Below, one piece after another: positions 47,685-56,770 of a stretch of 64,000 nt of DNA. The position numbers and the translations under genes were made by a program. Origin of the DNA: a phage. The notes below the pieces were generated by a model, which was not told the origin of the DNA, searched no databases, and was given only the letters and a program-made list of their open reading frames with translations. Numbering within the stretch: position 1 is the stretch's first letter; each line of letters begins with the position of its first letter. The stretch is from the sequence record PZ212788.1; one strand, written 5' to 3'.

Positions 47685-50458
47685 GTAATTGGTGCTTCGA
47701 TCTGGAGGCCTCCGGGCTTTTGGAAGACCCAGATCTTTATTATCACTGCGGCCTGTTTAAAGAGCTGAATAAGAACCGTTTTATGCTGTTCCTTCCTCTA
47801 AATGACCGCACACACTACTCCGAGGAGGATATAGAAAAGGCTAAGAACTTCATTCTGGCAAAGAAAACTCTTTATAAAGATTTTGAAGTTCGCATAGCAG
47901 ATTTTTCAGAGTTGGAAGGTTGGCTTACAGGAAATTCTGACTGGTCACCAACAGCTTTGAACTGCCATAACTGCTACAGTTATGACTTTATGCTGATGGA
48001 AAGATTATCTGGTATTCATTTTGATATGTTCCGTGATCCTAAATGTATGGGGACTATCAACGATCACCAGGTTAACCTGTTTGATACGTTGGCGATGAGC
48101 CGAATCTTGTGGCCTGATCGCCCTTTACCAAAAGGTTGTCCGGACTCTGTATTCAACCCGGTTACTAAGAAAATGCAACCTGTTGGTCCTCACGGCCTTA
48201 TGGCATGGGGCTACGCCCTTGGTAACCAGAAAGTTCAAATTGATGACTGGCGCGATCTTCCGTTGTGGAAGTATGTGGATCGTGTATTCGAGGACGTTAT
48301 CATCCAGGAGCTGCTCTGGAAAGAGCTGGTAGCGGAATCAAAAGGTGTATTCTACGGCAAATCTGACATGCAGAACTTTATGTACGATCCAGCCAAAGAG
48401 AAGCCGAAAGGGTTCAAGAAAATCACCTGGAAGAACGCATTACGCCGAGGCATGCTGCAGCACTTCCTGATGGAGCTGCAGGCCCGTCAGGGTGTGTATT
48501 TCGACATAGATGGGGCTATTGCTTTACGTGACCGTTGCGATGCGTGGATGAAAGAGATCGCTGATCGTGTTGAACCTCAACTTCCTTTAAAAGAGTTGTC
48601 AATGTCTCAGCGGCCCAAGTTCCCTGAAAAGCCGTTTAACCAAGATGGGACAATCTCCAATAATGGTTGGAAATGGTTAAAAGATAAGCTTGGCTATCCT
48701 GTAGACATGAGCGCTTTAGAATTCAAAGCCCCGCCTAAGCGAGCATTTACCTCCACAGGAGATGTCAGCAAGATGGGGATAAAATGGTGCGAAGAGATGG
48801 GCTGCAAAGACCCCGACAAGATGGCTGATTTCTTGAGAGGTTATATTAAGGGCACCTCCACACCACAACCTTTACCTAAAGAGCTGATGGATCAGGCAAT
48901 AAGTGATCTGCAGCAGAAGCGAATGCCTGACTGCAAGATACCTATGAAAATCAGCAATCAGGACGACATTAAGCGATACCTGATCAGTGCTGGTTGGCTC
49001 CCAACAATGTGGAGAACTAAGGATGTAACTAAAGACAGCAAGAAGAAAGCTCTACCTGATGCAGATGTTGATGCACGAGTGTATGCATATATGGACGAGC
49101 TTTTAGAGTCAGAGTATTGTGACCTAATTATCAACTTCTGGAACAAAACTGATGCTAAGTTCCAGACAACCGTGCACAAGTTCCGAAGCTTTCCTAACTC
49201 CGAAAGGATTAAAAAGGAAGTATTCGGGAAAATACGTAGAAAAGCTAGGGCACTTATTACTTCTCCGCAACTGAAAGATACGTTTGGACACCTATGCCCG
49301 AATCTTGAAAAATTGAACGGAGAGATGGCTAAAGATATCGTCTTGTGGTTATCATTGCGAAACCGCAGATCGGTCCTTGATCCAATTAAGGAGGATAAGG
49401 TTGATACTGGTCTTCTTAATCACCCACGTTTGAAGATTGACCATAAGCTTCCTGCTAAAAGCTCTGGATTAACAAACACTTCCAGACAGAAACACAGTAT
49501 TTGTGCAAACATGCCTAAACCATCTCCTAAAGTGGTTATGGGTAAAGAGATGCGTAGTCTGTGGGGTGTTCCTCCGGGATACTTTGAGATCGGTATTGAC
49601 GGGTCCAACTTAGAGCAGCTTATCGGGGCTTGGGGTGCCTTTGAGTTCGACAACGGCTTGTATTATGATGTTGTAAGTAACGGAGACGCACACCAAAACA
49701 ATGCTGAGGCATATACAAAAGTGGCAGGCAGAGAGGTGTCCCGTAACGACGGTAAACCTATCACGTATGGGGTTATGTACGGGGCACAAAAAGATAAAGT
49801 TGCAGATATGCTGGACATCTCCCCAGAGTTGGGACAAAGGGTAATCGATGCACTCTGGGATGCCAACCCAGGTCTTAAGGGGCGCAAAGAGGATCTGGAG
49901 AAATTCTGGGAAGCAACAGGTAAGAAGTTTATCTACTCTTTTGATGGTCATGCTATCTGGACCCGATCTAAACACTCTTTACTTAATGCATACCAACAAA
50001 ATGGCGGTGCATCGTTGTGTGACTTAGTTGGAATACTCATGCACCACCAGATGGTGAAGCGTGGGTGGTACGATGAAGGTGTTCGTCGTATTATCTATTA
50101 CCATGACGAATATCAGCTTCAAGTCCCTGACACACCGAAGTATAAGACTGTGTACACCTTCGACACAATCGAAGAACTGGAAGCATTTAAGGCAGAGCAG
50201 GAGGCCAAACTTCATGTGTTCGACGGTCATAAGTACAAAAAGGCACGCAAGGATGAGGACGGAAACGAAGTGGTTGACAGAGACGGAAACACGGTGTACG
50301 ATCCTATCCTGAATGATGACGGAAAGCTTGAACTTATCTGGAGCCCTGTGGGTGAAATGGTGGTGCATTGCTTCTGGCAAGCTTCTAAAATGATGGGCGT
50401 CCCGTTCCAGATCACAGGTGAATACTTGTGTGGTCGTAATTGGGGCGATTGTCACTAA
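47681..50458 (+). CDS. Family A DNA polymerase, T7 gp5-like with 3'-5' exonuclease domain (925 aa)
   Basis: Exo I CFDLEASGL; GPHGLMAWGYALG resembling T7 gp5; motif B ITYGVMYGAQ; motif C YYHDEYQLQV; C-terminal NWGDCH. Confidence 0.9.
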   Translation: MSNWCFDLEASGLLEDPDLYYHCGLFKELNKNRFMLFLPLNDRTHYSEEDIEKAKNFILAKKTLYKDFEVRIADFSELEGWLTGNSDWSPTALNCHNCYSYDFMLMERLSGIHFDMFRDPKCMGTINDHQVNLFDTLAMSRILWPDRPLPKGCPDSVFNPVTKKMQPVGPHGLMAWGYALGNQKVQIDDWRDLPLWKYVDRVFEDVIIQELLWKELVAESKGVFYGKSDMQNFMYDPAKEKPKGFKKITWKNALRRGMLQHFLMELQARQGVYFDIDGAIALRDRCDAWMKEIADRVEPQLPLKELSMSQRPKFPEKPFNQDGTISNNGWKWLKDKLGYPVDMSALEFKAPPKRAFTSTGDVSKMGIKWCEEMGCKDPDKMADFLRGYIKGTSTPQPLPKELMDQAISDLQQKRMPDCKIPMKISNQDDIKRYLISAGWLPTMWRTKDVTKDSKKKALPDADVDARVYAYMDELLESEYCDLIINFWNKTDAKFQTTVHKFRSFPNSERIKKEVFGKIRRKARALITSPQLKDTFGHLCPNLEKLNGEMAKDIVLWLSLRNRRSVLDPIKEDKVDTGLLNHPRLKIDHKLPAKSSGLTNTSRQKHSICANMPKPSPKVVMGKEMRSLWGVPPGYFEIGIDGSNLEQLIGAWGAFEFDNGLYYDVVSNGDAHQNNAEAYTKVAGREVSRNDGKPITYGVMYGAQKDKVADMLDISPELGQRVIDALWDANPGLKGRKEDLEKFWEATGKKFIYSFDGHAIWTRSKHSLLNAYQQNGGASLCDLVGILMHHQMVKRGWYDEGVRRIIYYHDEYQLQVPDTPKYKTVYTFDTIEELEAFKAEQEAKLHVFDGHKYKKARKDEDGNEVVDRDGNTVYDPILNDDGKLELIWSPVGEMVVHCFWQASKMMGVPFQITGEYLCGRNWGDCH

Positions 50459-50507
50459 TGTAAACTATCAACACATGGAAGTGTTGTTGAGCAAAGAGGA
50501 GACTTTT

Positions 50508-50792
50508 ATGGTAGTAGAGCCAACAAAAACATTTACATCCATGACCATTCCTGTTATTATGCAGGTGGAGTGTGTTCAGGTATCTCAAGTGTGGCCTGGC
50601 ACCAAAATCCCAACAGGGCCTGATTTCTTTCAGGTTGGGAAAGTGTACAATGTCTGGAAGGCACCAGATTGTTACCCTTTCATTAAAGATGACCGTGGGA
50701 TGCTGTGGTATCTTGGAAATGACTTGACACTGCACCTTGGGAATGCTATTATTGCAGTATTCAGACTTAACAAGAAGGAGACCGATCAATGA
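50508..50792 (+). CDS. Small early protein, member of bipartite-motif family (94 aa)
   Basis: ATG 50508 with RBS GAGGAG; motif FFQVGKVYNV...IKDDRGMLWYLG. Confidence 0.45.
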   Translation: MVVEPTKTFTSMTIPVIMQVECVQVSQVWPGTKIPTGPDFFQVGKVYNVWKAPDCYPFIKDDRGMLWYLGNDLTLHLGNAIIAVFRLNKKETDQ

Positions 50793-51016
50793 CGACTTTG
50801 GTTAAAGCTACCTTTGTAGAAGAAAAGATGACAGACCTGTCATTCTTTAAAGAAGGAAAGACCTACGAGGTTTATTACGATAAAGCTCGTGCAAACAAAA
50901 TGATTAAAGACGAGGAAGGGGTTGCCTGGTATATCTCTCACCTGGCAAACGGTGAGTATCATATCTACGGAACCACTTTGCTTGCCAAGTTTGTAGTTGT
51001 TGAAGAGGACCTATGA
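50789..51016 (+). CDS. Small early protein, member of bipartite-motif family (75 aa)
   Basis: RBS AAGGAGA; motif FKEGKTYEV...IKDEEGVAWYIS. Confidence 0.45.
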   Translation: MTTLVKATFVEEKMTDLSFFKEGKTYEVYYDKARANKMIKDEEGVAWYISHLANGEYHIYGTTLLAKFVVVEEDL

Positions 51017-51207
51017 AAGTAAAGTATCTTGCTGAAGGTATGAATAGGTATTTTACCCTTGGGGAAGAATATTGGCCCTTTACAAACAACGGTGATGTCT
51101 ACGTGAAAGATAATTTCGGCACGCCGTGGTTTCTGCACTCTAATGGGCTGGGATACTCCATTTACTGCGGTGCAGTGAACAACACAACTCTTGCAGAGTT
51201 CGTTTAG
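51013..51207 (+). CDS. Small early protein, member of bipartite-motif family (64 aa)
   Basis: RBS GAGGA; motif FTLGEEYWP...VKDNFGTPWFL. Confidence 0.45.
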   Translation: MKVKYLAEGMNRYFTLGEEYWPFTNNGDVYVKDNFGTPWFLHSNGLGYSIYCGAVNNTTLAEFV

Positions 51208-51217
51208 AGGAGGTAGG

Positions 51218-51589
51218 ATGTTAGTAAAAGGTACCCACACAGTCAAACAACGTATTGAAGTTGAGATTGATGATTGTGAGCTGAAGCATATTTTACGGTC
51301 ATGCTCCAACGTTTTGCTCCTTAGTATTCTTCAGGAGCGAGCGGAGAACGAGTTCTTAAATGCATTGGCAGGCCGTCCCGGTGACTTCTGTGTGCGTAAG
51401 CGTGGTGACAACAAGTCGTGGTTGTGGGAGATCGATGCCGACTGGGATTACCACAAAAATGAGGGTATAGATGAGCCTATTCGTGAACTGACGGACAAAG
51501 AGATTCAGATGTACAATGAAGTTTGTCATTGGGCAACACGCCAACAAATTTACCTAGACCCTGTGTGGCTGATTGAAAATAGTCGTTGA
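51218..51589 (+). CDS. Hypothetical early protein (123 aa)
   Basis: ATG 51218 with RBS GAGGAGG preferred over ORF-track start 51191. Confidence 0.45.
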   Translation: MLVKGTHTVKQRIEVEIDDCELKHILRSCSNVLLLSILQERAENEFLNALAGRPGDFCVRKRGDNKSWLWEIDADWDYHKNEGIDEPIRELTDKEIQMYNEVCHWATRQQIYLDPVWLIENSR

Positions 51590-51614
51590 CAAGAAGTAAG
51601 GTTAGATGTAAGAT
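51586..51614 (+). promoter_or_regulatory. Sigma70-type promoter
   Basis: -35 TTGACA, 17-nt spacer, -10 TAAGAT; upstream AAAATAGTCG shared with promoters at 60208 and 63497. Confidence 0.6.
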
Positions 51615-51665
51615 ACTCCTCACAAACAGAGTATTGATTGTTAAATAATTAAGGAGACCTCTAAG

Positions 51666-51920
51666 ATGAAAATCATGTTGAAACCAGAATGCGTTGCAAA
51701 CGACCGAGCTTTTAAAGATTGCACACTTGGCGCTACTTATGAAGCAGAGTTTTGTGAGAACCCTTTGGTAAAAGCCCTTTTGGAAGAAGGGGCCCCTCTA
51801 TCACAAGAAGAGCTTGATGAGCTGGAAAACTCAGCACAGTGCCTTACCTTTAAAGATGATGAAGGAGACTCTGTCTGGTGCACTGTTAACGAAGTAGTTT
51901 TTGTAAAAACTGAACATTAA
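51666..51920 (+). CDS. Small early protein, paralog of 51984-52244 (84 aa)
   Basis: RBS AAGGAGA; KPECVANDRAFKDCT and FKDDEGDSVWCT align with KPDYLEKDSAFRDCT and IEDDNGDCVFCT. Confidence 0.5.
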   Translation: MKIMLKPECVANDRAFKDCTLGATYEAEFCENPLVKALLEEGAPLSQEELDELENSAQCLTFKDDEGDSVWCTVNEVVFVKTEH

Positions 51921-51923
51921 TAC

Positions 51924-51952
51924 TTGACAACAGCGATAGGACCTAATACAAT
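51924..51952 (+). promoter_or_regulatory. Sigma70-type promoter
   Basis: -35 TTGACA, 17-nt spacer, -10 TACAAT. Confidence 0.6.
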
Positions 51953-51983
51953 GGTCCTATCAAAACGAAAGGGGACCACAGCA

Positions 51984-52244
51984 ATGACCAAACAATATCA
52001 ACGAATTAAAGCCAAGGTTAAGCCAGACTATCTAGAGAAGGACTCTGCTTTTCGGGACTGCACAGCTGACAAAGTTTACACAGGGGCCGTCCTGTTGAAC
52101 GATAAACTTGAAGTAGATGTGCTGGGTAAAGAGGCCGTTATCGAGGATGACAACGGTGACTGTGTTTTCTGCACCACACGAGAGCTAGAAGTCTTAGAAT
52201 ATTTCGGTGAAATCTTCAACTCCTTAGACGACGAGGAAGCGTGA
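51984..52244 (+). CDS. Small early protein, paralog of 51666-51920 (86 aa)
   Basis: ATG 51984 with RBS AAAGGGGA preferred over ORF-track start 51924, which overlaps the promoter. Confidence 0.5.
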   Translation: MTKQYQRIKAKVKPDYLEKDSAFRDCTADKVYTGAVLLNDKLEVDVLGKEAVIEDDNGDCVFCTTRELEVLEYFGEIFNSLDDEEA

Positions 52245-52633
52245 TGAAAAATATTTGGGATATCGATATCTTTGAAGCCTCTAAGCTTGACGGTGCTGAT
52301 GGAGTGATTATGGTGTCTGATGGCAAGGCAACACTAACTTCCGGAGATATCATCTATGCCTTGGACGAGCTGGCGCTTCTGAAATCTACCGGTAACACTT
52401 TGGAGGAGCGTCTTCAGGGATTCGCTTTCAAAGAAGGTACAAATACAGCCATGATGTGCACCACACGGACAGTTCAGGTTGGTAACGGTGTCTATATGAT
52501 TATTGCTGTGTGTCCTAAATTCAGCAACGTCAACAAAGATGATGCTGACGCGGTCAACGATGTGGTTGTTCTCTTCGTGGGTGACGCTATGGCAGATCTG
52601 ATGAATGCAGGAGAAGCAGCAAATGAAGACTGA
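52244..52633 (+). CDS. Hypothetical early protein (129 aa)
   Basis: ATG 52244 overlapping upstream stop (TGATG), RBS GAGGAAG. Confidence 0.45.
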   Translation: MKNIWDIDIFEASKLDGADGVIMVSDGKATLTSGDIIYALDELALLKSTGNTLEERLQGFAFKEGTNTAMMCTTRTVQVGNGVYMIIAVCPKFSNVNKDDADAVNDVVVLFVGDAMADLMNAGEAANED

Positions 52634-52925
52634 AAACATCACCCCAGCAGGGTTCTTAAAAGTATACCGTGAACTGCTATATACTACAGAGGACAGTGTT
52701 CTAGAGTATCCAGAATATCTTTTGCTGTATAAGTATCTGCAGGAGGCTGGTGAAAATCTGCCAGTTAGTGCAGAAGGTGGTCCAAACTGGATATACAGCG
52801 CATGGAGAAAGGTTGACATTCTCCCAGACCCAGGTAAAGATATGGTAGTTTGGCAGCTTATCAACAACATCGGGATTCCAATCTTTGATGAAGCTGTTAA
52901 AATCTATTTTGAACTTGACGATTAA
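52623..52925 (+). CDS. Hypothetical early protein (100 aa)
   Basis: ATG 52623 with RBS AGGAGA preferred over 52605. Confidence 0.45.
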   Translation: MKTENITPAGFLKVYRELLYTTEDSVLEYPEYLLLYKYLQEAGENLPVSAEGGPNWIYSAWRKVDILPDPGKDMVVWQLINNIGIPIFDEAVKIYFELDD

Positions 52926-52942
52926 TATCAGGAGACCTTAAG

Positions 52943-53188
52943 ATGACTGAAGCAGTTGCTCGCGCAGGACAGAAAGTACGTTGTGTTGAAGTAGGTTTTG
53001 GTGGCAAAGGGTGTCAAAACTTGACTCAAGGCAAGGAATATGCTGTTATCTCTGGTGGTGGCGACGAAAGTATTGTGTTCGAGGGCCACATCCTGGATGC
53101 TGAAAACTTTGAAATCTTTGACGACGATGGGGATCCGATCACCTGCCTGCTGGACGGGAATTGGGGAACTTTCGAAGTGATTGGCTAA
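52943..53188 (+). CDS. Small early protein, member of bipartite-motif family (81 aa)
   Basis: RBS CAGGAGA; motif LTQGKEYAV...FDDDGDPITCLL. Confidence 0.45.
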   Translation: MTEAVARAGQKVRCVEVGFGGKGCQNLTQGKEYAVISGGGDESIVFEGHILDAENFEIFDDDGDPITCLLDGNWGTFEVIG

Positions 53189-53198
53189 CAAATACCTA

Positions 53199-53227
53199 TT
53201 GTAATTTACAGAAGGGGATGCTAAAAT
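53199..53227 (+). promoter_or_regulatory. Sigma70-type promoter
   Basis: -35 TTGTAA, 17-nt spacer, -10 TAAAAT. Confidence 0.5.
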
Positions 53228-53271
53228 AGTGTCTCCTTCTATGTTGTTCAAATAAAATCGGAGATTCCATA

Positions 53272-53640
53272 ATGGAACAAATGAACGATCAAGAGTCGGT
53301 TGCGATGAACGAGCAAGAACAACCTCAAGAATTTTTCTTAGGGTTAAGTAAAGATCAAGTGTCTCTTTTGCTAGTGCTTTCTTCTTTCATGGGAAGACTT
53401 CAGGAGCTCACACAACAACCGGAGGCTGAACAATTATTTCAGGCTCTGCGTGAAGAAGAAAAATATCGTCGTTTGGACTATGCCTTAGGTTGGGTAGCTC
53501 AACAACGAGATATGTTGATGGCCCTCTCTGGGACCACAAGTTTTGCAATGGGCCTGTTGGCTCAAGTTCAGGACAAATTAATTCAAGCAGGGTTTGCACA
53601 CACGGCAAACACTAACGAAGAACAAGGAGACAAAGAATGA
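53272..53640 (+). CDS. Hypothetical protein, Gln/Glu-rich N-terminus (122 aa)
   Basis: RBS GGAGA; start overlap ATGA with the next gene. Confidence 0.45.
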   Translation: MEQMNDQESVAMNEQEQPQEFFLGLSKDQVSLLLVLSSFMGRLQELTQQPEAEQLFQALREEEKYRRLDYALGWVAQQRDMLMALSGTTSFAMGLLAQVQDKLIQAGFAHTANTNEEQGDKE

Positions 53641-54908
53641 GCGTTATTCAACAATTCGCTAACCCGATGAATCCGCGTGAAACTGTTTTACTGGCTCACG
53701 GCATGATTAAACGCGTCAGCATCAAGCCTATCAAAGGTGCTGATCCTACAACAGGTATTAAAACCACTGTGTGGCAAGGTAAGAAAATTGAGTCCAGCCA
53801 CACCATCTCTTTACTGATTTCTGAACTGGATTCCTCTGATAACCTACTTCAAGGTGGTGAAGAAGTTTGGATCAGTATGGGCGATAAGCTGCTTAAACCG
53901 GGTCATCAAGACTCTGTCTCTGTTAAAATTGATGACAAGTGGGAAACCGTAACGCCAGGATGGATCGTAAATATCCCTTTGAAGGCAAACGAGCATAACG
54001 GTAAGACCTACTACAAAGGCTCACTGGCTAAGATGGTTAAGCTGGGTGCAGGAGAGGCTCCAGCAGCGACTCAGCAGCAAAAACAGCAACAAGGTGCACA
54101 ATCACAAGGCCAGAAGCAGAAACCTCAGCAGAATGCCAATCAGGACGTTTTACGCATCTATGGTGATGTGACTCAGATTGTTGGCAACGTGGTTACTGTT
54201 AATGACCACAAGATTGGCGAAGGTGCTATGGTTGTAACTGATGAGCAGCTTAAAGACCTGGTGGTAGGTGGTCGTGTTGCAGCCATTGTTGACAAAGACA
54301 CCGGAAACATTATCAGTGGTTTCAAAGCCTATCCTCCTAAGGCAGAGAACGGCACTCAAGGCTCTGGTGGCAAGCGTAAATCCTCTTACGACCCTATCGG
54401 TGTGGAGACGGGACATAGCATCAATGCGTTGCAGATCATCCTGGATCGCGGGTTTAAGGTAGACGACCCACTGGGCGTGGCTAAAACACTGCACGTAGTC
54501 ACCATTGAGCTTAAGAAAGAGTATGCTCAAGCCACCAACCGAACTGAAGATGAAGTAGGTGCCAGTGTCGGTAATGCGGTGTTGAACGCTTGTCGCCGTA
54601 TTGACAAGAAAACGAAAGTTGATGATTTTGCAGTGGCAATTACTGCAGAAGCAAAAGATGTCTTGACTAATCTAGCTGAGCCGTTGTACGATTGGATCAA
54701 GAACGGTGCTGAGTCCACTGACCATCAAGAACCTCAGGCTGCCAAACAGGAAGCAGCTCCACAGCAAAACACTGTAGACGCTCCTCCTGTAAATGATGGG
54801 GAAGATGACCCGATGGATCAGAATCCAGCACAGTATGACTTCTGTGATGACATACCTTTCGCTCCGGTGGGTTTGCAATATGGAAAAAGCAGAATCCACG
54901 CATTGTAA
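53637..54908 (+). CDS. Two-domain protein with Gln-rich linker and acidic SSB-tip-like motif; possible ssDNA-binding protein (423 aa)
   Basis: RBS GGAGA; linker [20 protein letters not shown]; near C-terminus [19 protein letters not shown] resembles the E. coli SSB tail DFDDDIPF; no enzymatic motif. Confidence 0.35.
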   Translation: MSVIQQFANPMNPRETVLLAHGMIKRVSIKPIKGADPTTGIKTTVWQGKKIESSHTISLLISELDSSDNLLQGGEEVWISMGDKLLKPGHQDSVSVKIDDKWETVTPGWIVNIPLKANEHNGKTYYKGSLAKMVKLGAGEAPAATQQQKQQQGAQSQGQKQKPQQNANQDVLRIYGDVTQIVGNVVTVNDHKIGEGAMVVTDEQLKDLVVGGRVAAIVDKDTGNIISGFKAYPPKAENGTQGSGGKRKSSYDPIGVETGHSINALQIILDRGFKVDDPLGVAKTLHVVTIELKKEYAQATNRTEDEVGASVGNAVLNACRRIDKKTKVDDFAVAITAEAKDVLTNLAEPLYDWIKNGAESTDHQEPQAAKQEAAPQQNTVDAPPVNDGEDDPMDQNPAQYDFCDDIPFAPVGLQYGKSRIHAL

Positions 54909-55503
54909 GAGGTGCATCAAGTGCGGAGAGGTGAAAAACCTCTCCGAGTTCTACAAACACCCAAAGATGTCTGACGGTCATCTTAATAAGTGCAAAGAGT
55001 GTTGCAAGAAGGCCAGCAGGGAGGCTGACAGGTTTTCCCACGACTCTTCAGAAAAAGGTGTAATACGCGTGCTGTACAAGGCTCAAAAGTGCAACAGCAA
55101 GCAAAGAGGCCACCCTCCTCCGACTTACACCAAAAAAGAGTTTAAGGAGTGGCTATACCTGAACGGTTACAAAGAGTTGTATGATCAGTGGGTAGCCAGC
55201 GGATACGACAAAAGGAAAAAGCCTTCTTGTGACAGGATAGATGATTTCAAAGGGTACTCTTTTGATAATATCCGTTTAACGACTTGGGGAGAAAATAAAG
55301 ACAAGCAGACGGAGGATATTCTGTTGCATAGAAGCACCAGCGGTAGACGGTGTAAAAATGTAAGAAGGCTGGACATGAATGGAAACGTTCTTAAAGAATG
55401 GGTATCCCACAATTCTTGTAGAAGAGAAACCGGAATATGTGTTGATTACTACATTCATGAAAAAATTCCAGCCCCCGATGGATACCTCTATGAATACTTT
55501 TAG
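54880..55503 (+). CDS. Zinc-finger / HNH-like endonuclease-like protein (207 aa)
   Basis: ATG 54880 overlaps the upstream gene by 29 nt; [10 protein letters not shown]...CKECCKK zinc finger; [25 protein letters not shown] resembles the HNH DHID...N motif with His replaced by Arg. Confidence 0.4.
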   Translation: MEKAESTHCKRCIKCGEVKNLSEFYKHPKMSDGHLNKCKECCKKASREADRFSHDSSEKGVIRVLYKAQKCNSKQRGHPPPTYTKKEFKEWLYLNGYKELYDQWVASGYDKRKKPSCDRIDDFKGYSFDNIRLTTWGENKDKQTEDILLHRSTSGRRCKNVRRLDMNGNVLKEWVSHNSCRRETGICVDYYIHEKIPAPDGYLYEYF

Positions 55504-55518
55504 CACCTAACTAACATA

Positions 55519-55547
55519 GCCCTGCCCGAAAGGGTGGGGCATTTTTG
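55519..55547 (+). terminator. Rho-independent terminator
   Basis: GCCCTGCCC-GAAA-GGGTGGGGC stem-loop followed by ATTTTTG; same hairpin as at 44014. Confidence 0.75.
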
Positions 55548-55565
55548 TATAAGGAGATCTGAAAA

Positions 55566-55982
55566 ATGACATTAGAAGATATCATTGTTAAACCTGAGAA
55601 CTATGACCAATACAACCTGTCAACTCAATCTGTAGACCTTGGATGCGCCACAGTTAGTGCGTGGCTGGTTAACGGAAAAGAGCTGGACAAGTGCTTAGAA
55701 GCTCACATGTCTGTTAACAAGTTTCTGGATGAAAATACTCACTGGCTTGAGGGTGCAGGAGTATATGCTTCATGGTTGGAAAGTATGGGATTCGACTACC
55801 AATCTGAAGAAGGGTGGTGGAGCTATTTAGCTATCTGCCCAGAGACGCTGCAATGCTTCATGAAATATTCTGAAGATTTGGAGTACCGGGCGGTGGTTGA
55901 TAGTGCTATTGCCCGTTATAGCCGTAAACCTTTTTCCCACGACATTAAAACTGTGGAAGAGTTTGTTGAAGTTTTCTGTTGA
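55566..55982 (+). CDS. Hypothetical protein (138 aa)
   Basis: RBS AAGGAGA. Confidence 0.45.
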   Translation: MTLEDIIVKPENYDQYNLSTQSVDLGCATVSAWLVNGKELDKCLEAHMSVNKFLDENTHWLEGAGVYASWLESMGFDYQSEEGWWSYLAICPETLQCFMKYSEDLEYRAVVDSAIARYSRKPFSHDIKTVEEFVEVFC

Positions 55983-56008
55983 CACAGGTGGAAAGGTGTG
56001 CAATTATA
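55979..56008 (+). promoter_or_regulatory. Sigma70-type promoter
   Basis: -35 TTGACA overlapping the upstream stop, 17-18 nt spacer, -10-like AATTATAAC. Confidence 0.45.
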
Positions 56009-56078
56009 ACTTCATAGAACGGGAGGACGTGATGAACGAAGAAAACTGGGATGTATAACTAACAGGAGGCCACTGCCC

Positions 56079-56276
56079 ATGATTTATCGAATCCGTGTAA
56101 GAGAAGATGCACCAGGCTGTTACTTTGACTGGCGTGGGTGGTGGTTTCTCCACCCAATGGATGGACTCACAGATAGAATGCTGGATGCTGCCCTTTATAC
56201 AGATACCGACATAGAATATAATCTCTATCTGAAGGACGGTATAGATAACGGCCTGTTTGAAGCAATTCCTGTGTAA
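56079..56276 (+). CDS. Small hypothetical protein (65 aa)
   Basis: RBS CAGGAGG. Confidence 0.4.
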   Translation: MIYRIRVREDAPGCYFDWRGWWFLHPMDGLTDRMLDAALYTDTDIEYNLYLKDGIDNGLFEAIPV

Positions 56277-56344
56277 GAGACTGTGATAGCTATGTTTTAT
56301 GATCTTCCTGTAGCACCACCACCTGTTGAACCCGGAGAACTAAG

Positions 56345-56770
56345 ATGATCTATGAAATGCCAAAACTGATTCGTGACGATGCCCAAAACGCCCACACCTT
56401 TATCATGGGCAAGCGCATGGATATTATTTGTCATAAAGATTTCTGGGAAGGTAGTTACTTCACAGAATATTTTGGTAAACTGGATAATGGTCTGCTGATC
56501 CAGTTCTACACCGATGCGGAAAACAATATCTGCTGGGAGTTCGAAACTGAAGATATCCATAAACTTTTCACCTTCCTAGGTATTAAGGTTGAGGCCAAGT
56601 TTGAAGAAGGCGAGTGCGACGATTGTGGATTCTACGAGGTAACAGATTTCTATCTCCCAAGTGGTGAGAACCTTTACTATGAAAGCCACTTCGGCAACTC
56701 AAATATGCCACAAGGTTGGGATGAGTTTTTTGAAATTGCGGAAGAGGAGCTGACATACCGTGATTATTGA
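56345..56770 (+). CDS. Hypothetical protein translationally coupled to the Macro-like gene (141 aa)
   Basis: RBS GGAGAA; 3' end overlaps the GTG start of 56760. Confidence 0.45.
   Translation: MIYEMPKLIRDDAQNAHTFIMGKRMDIICHKDFWEGSYFTEYFGKLDNGLLIQFYTDAENNICWEFETEDIHKLFTFLGIKVEAKFEEGECDDCGFYEVTDFYLPSGENLYYESHFGNSNMPQGWDEFFEIAEEELTYRDY

Noticed and set aside
51666-52244. Stop-codon readthrough joining 51666-51920 and 51984-52244 (same frame)
   Set aside because: A complete promoter (TTGACA-17-TACAAT) and RBS lie between them and the two proteins are full-length paralogs, so the shared frame looks coincidental, unlike the rIIB case.
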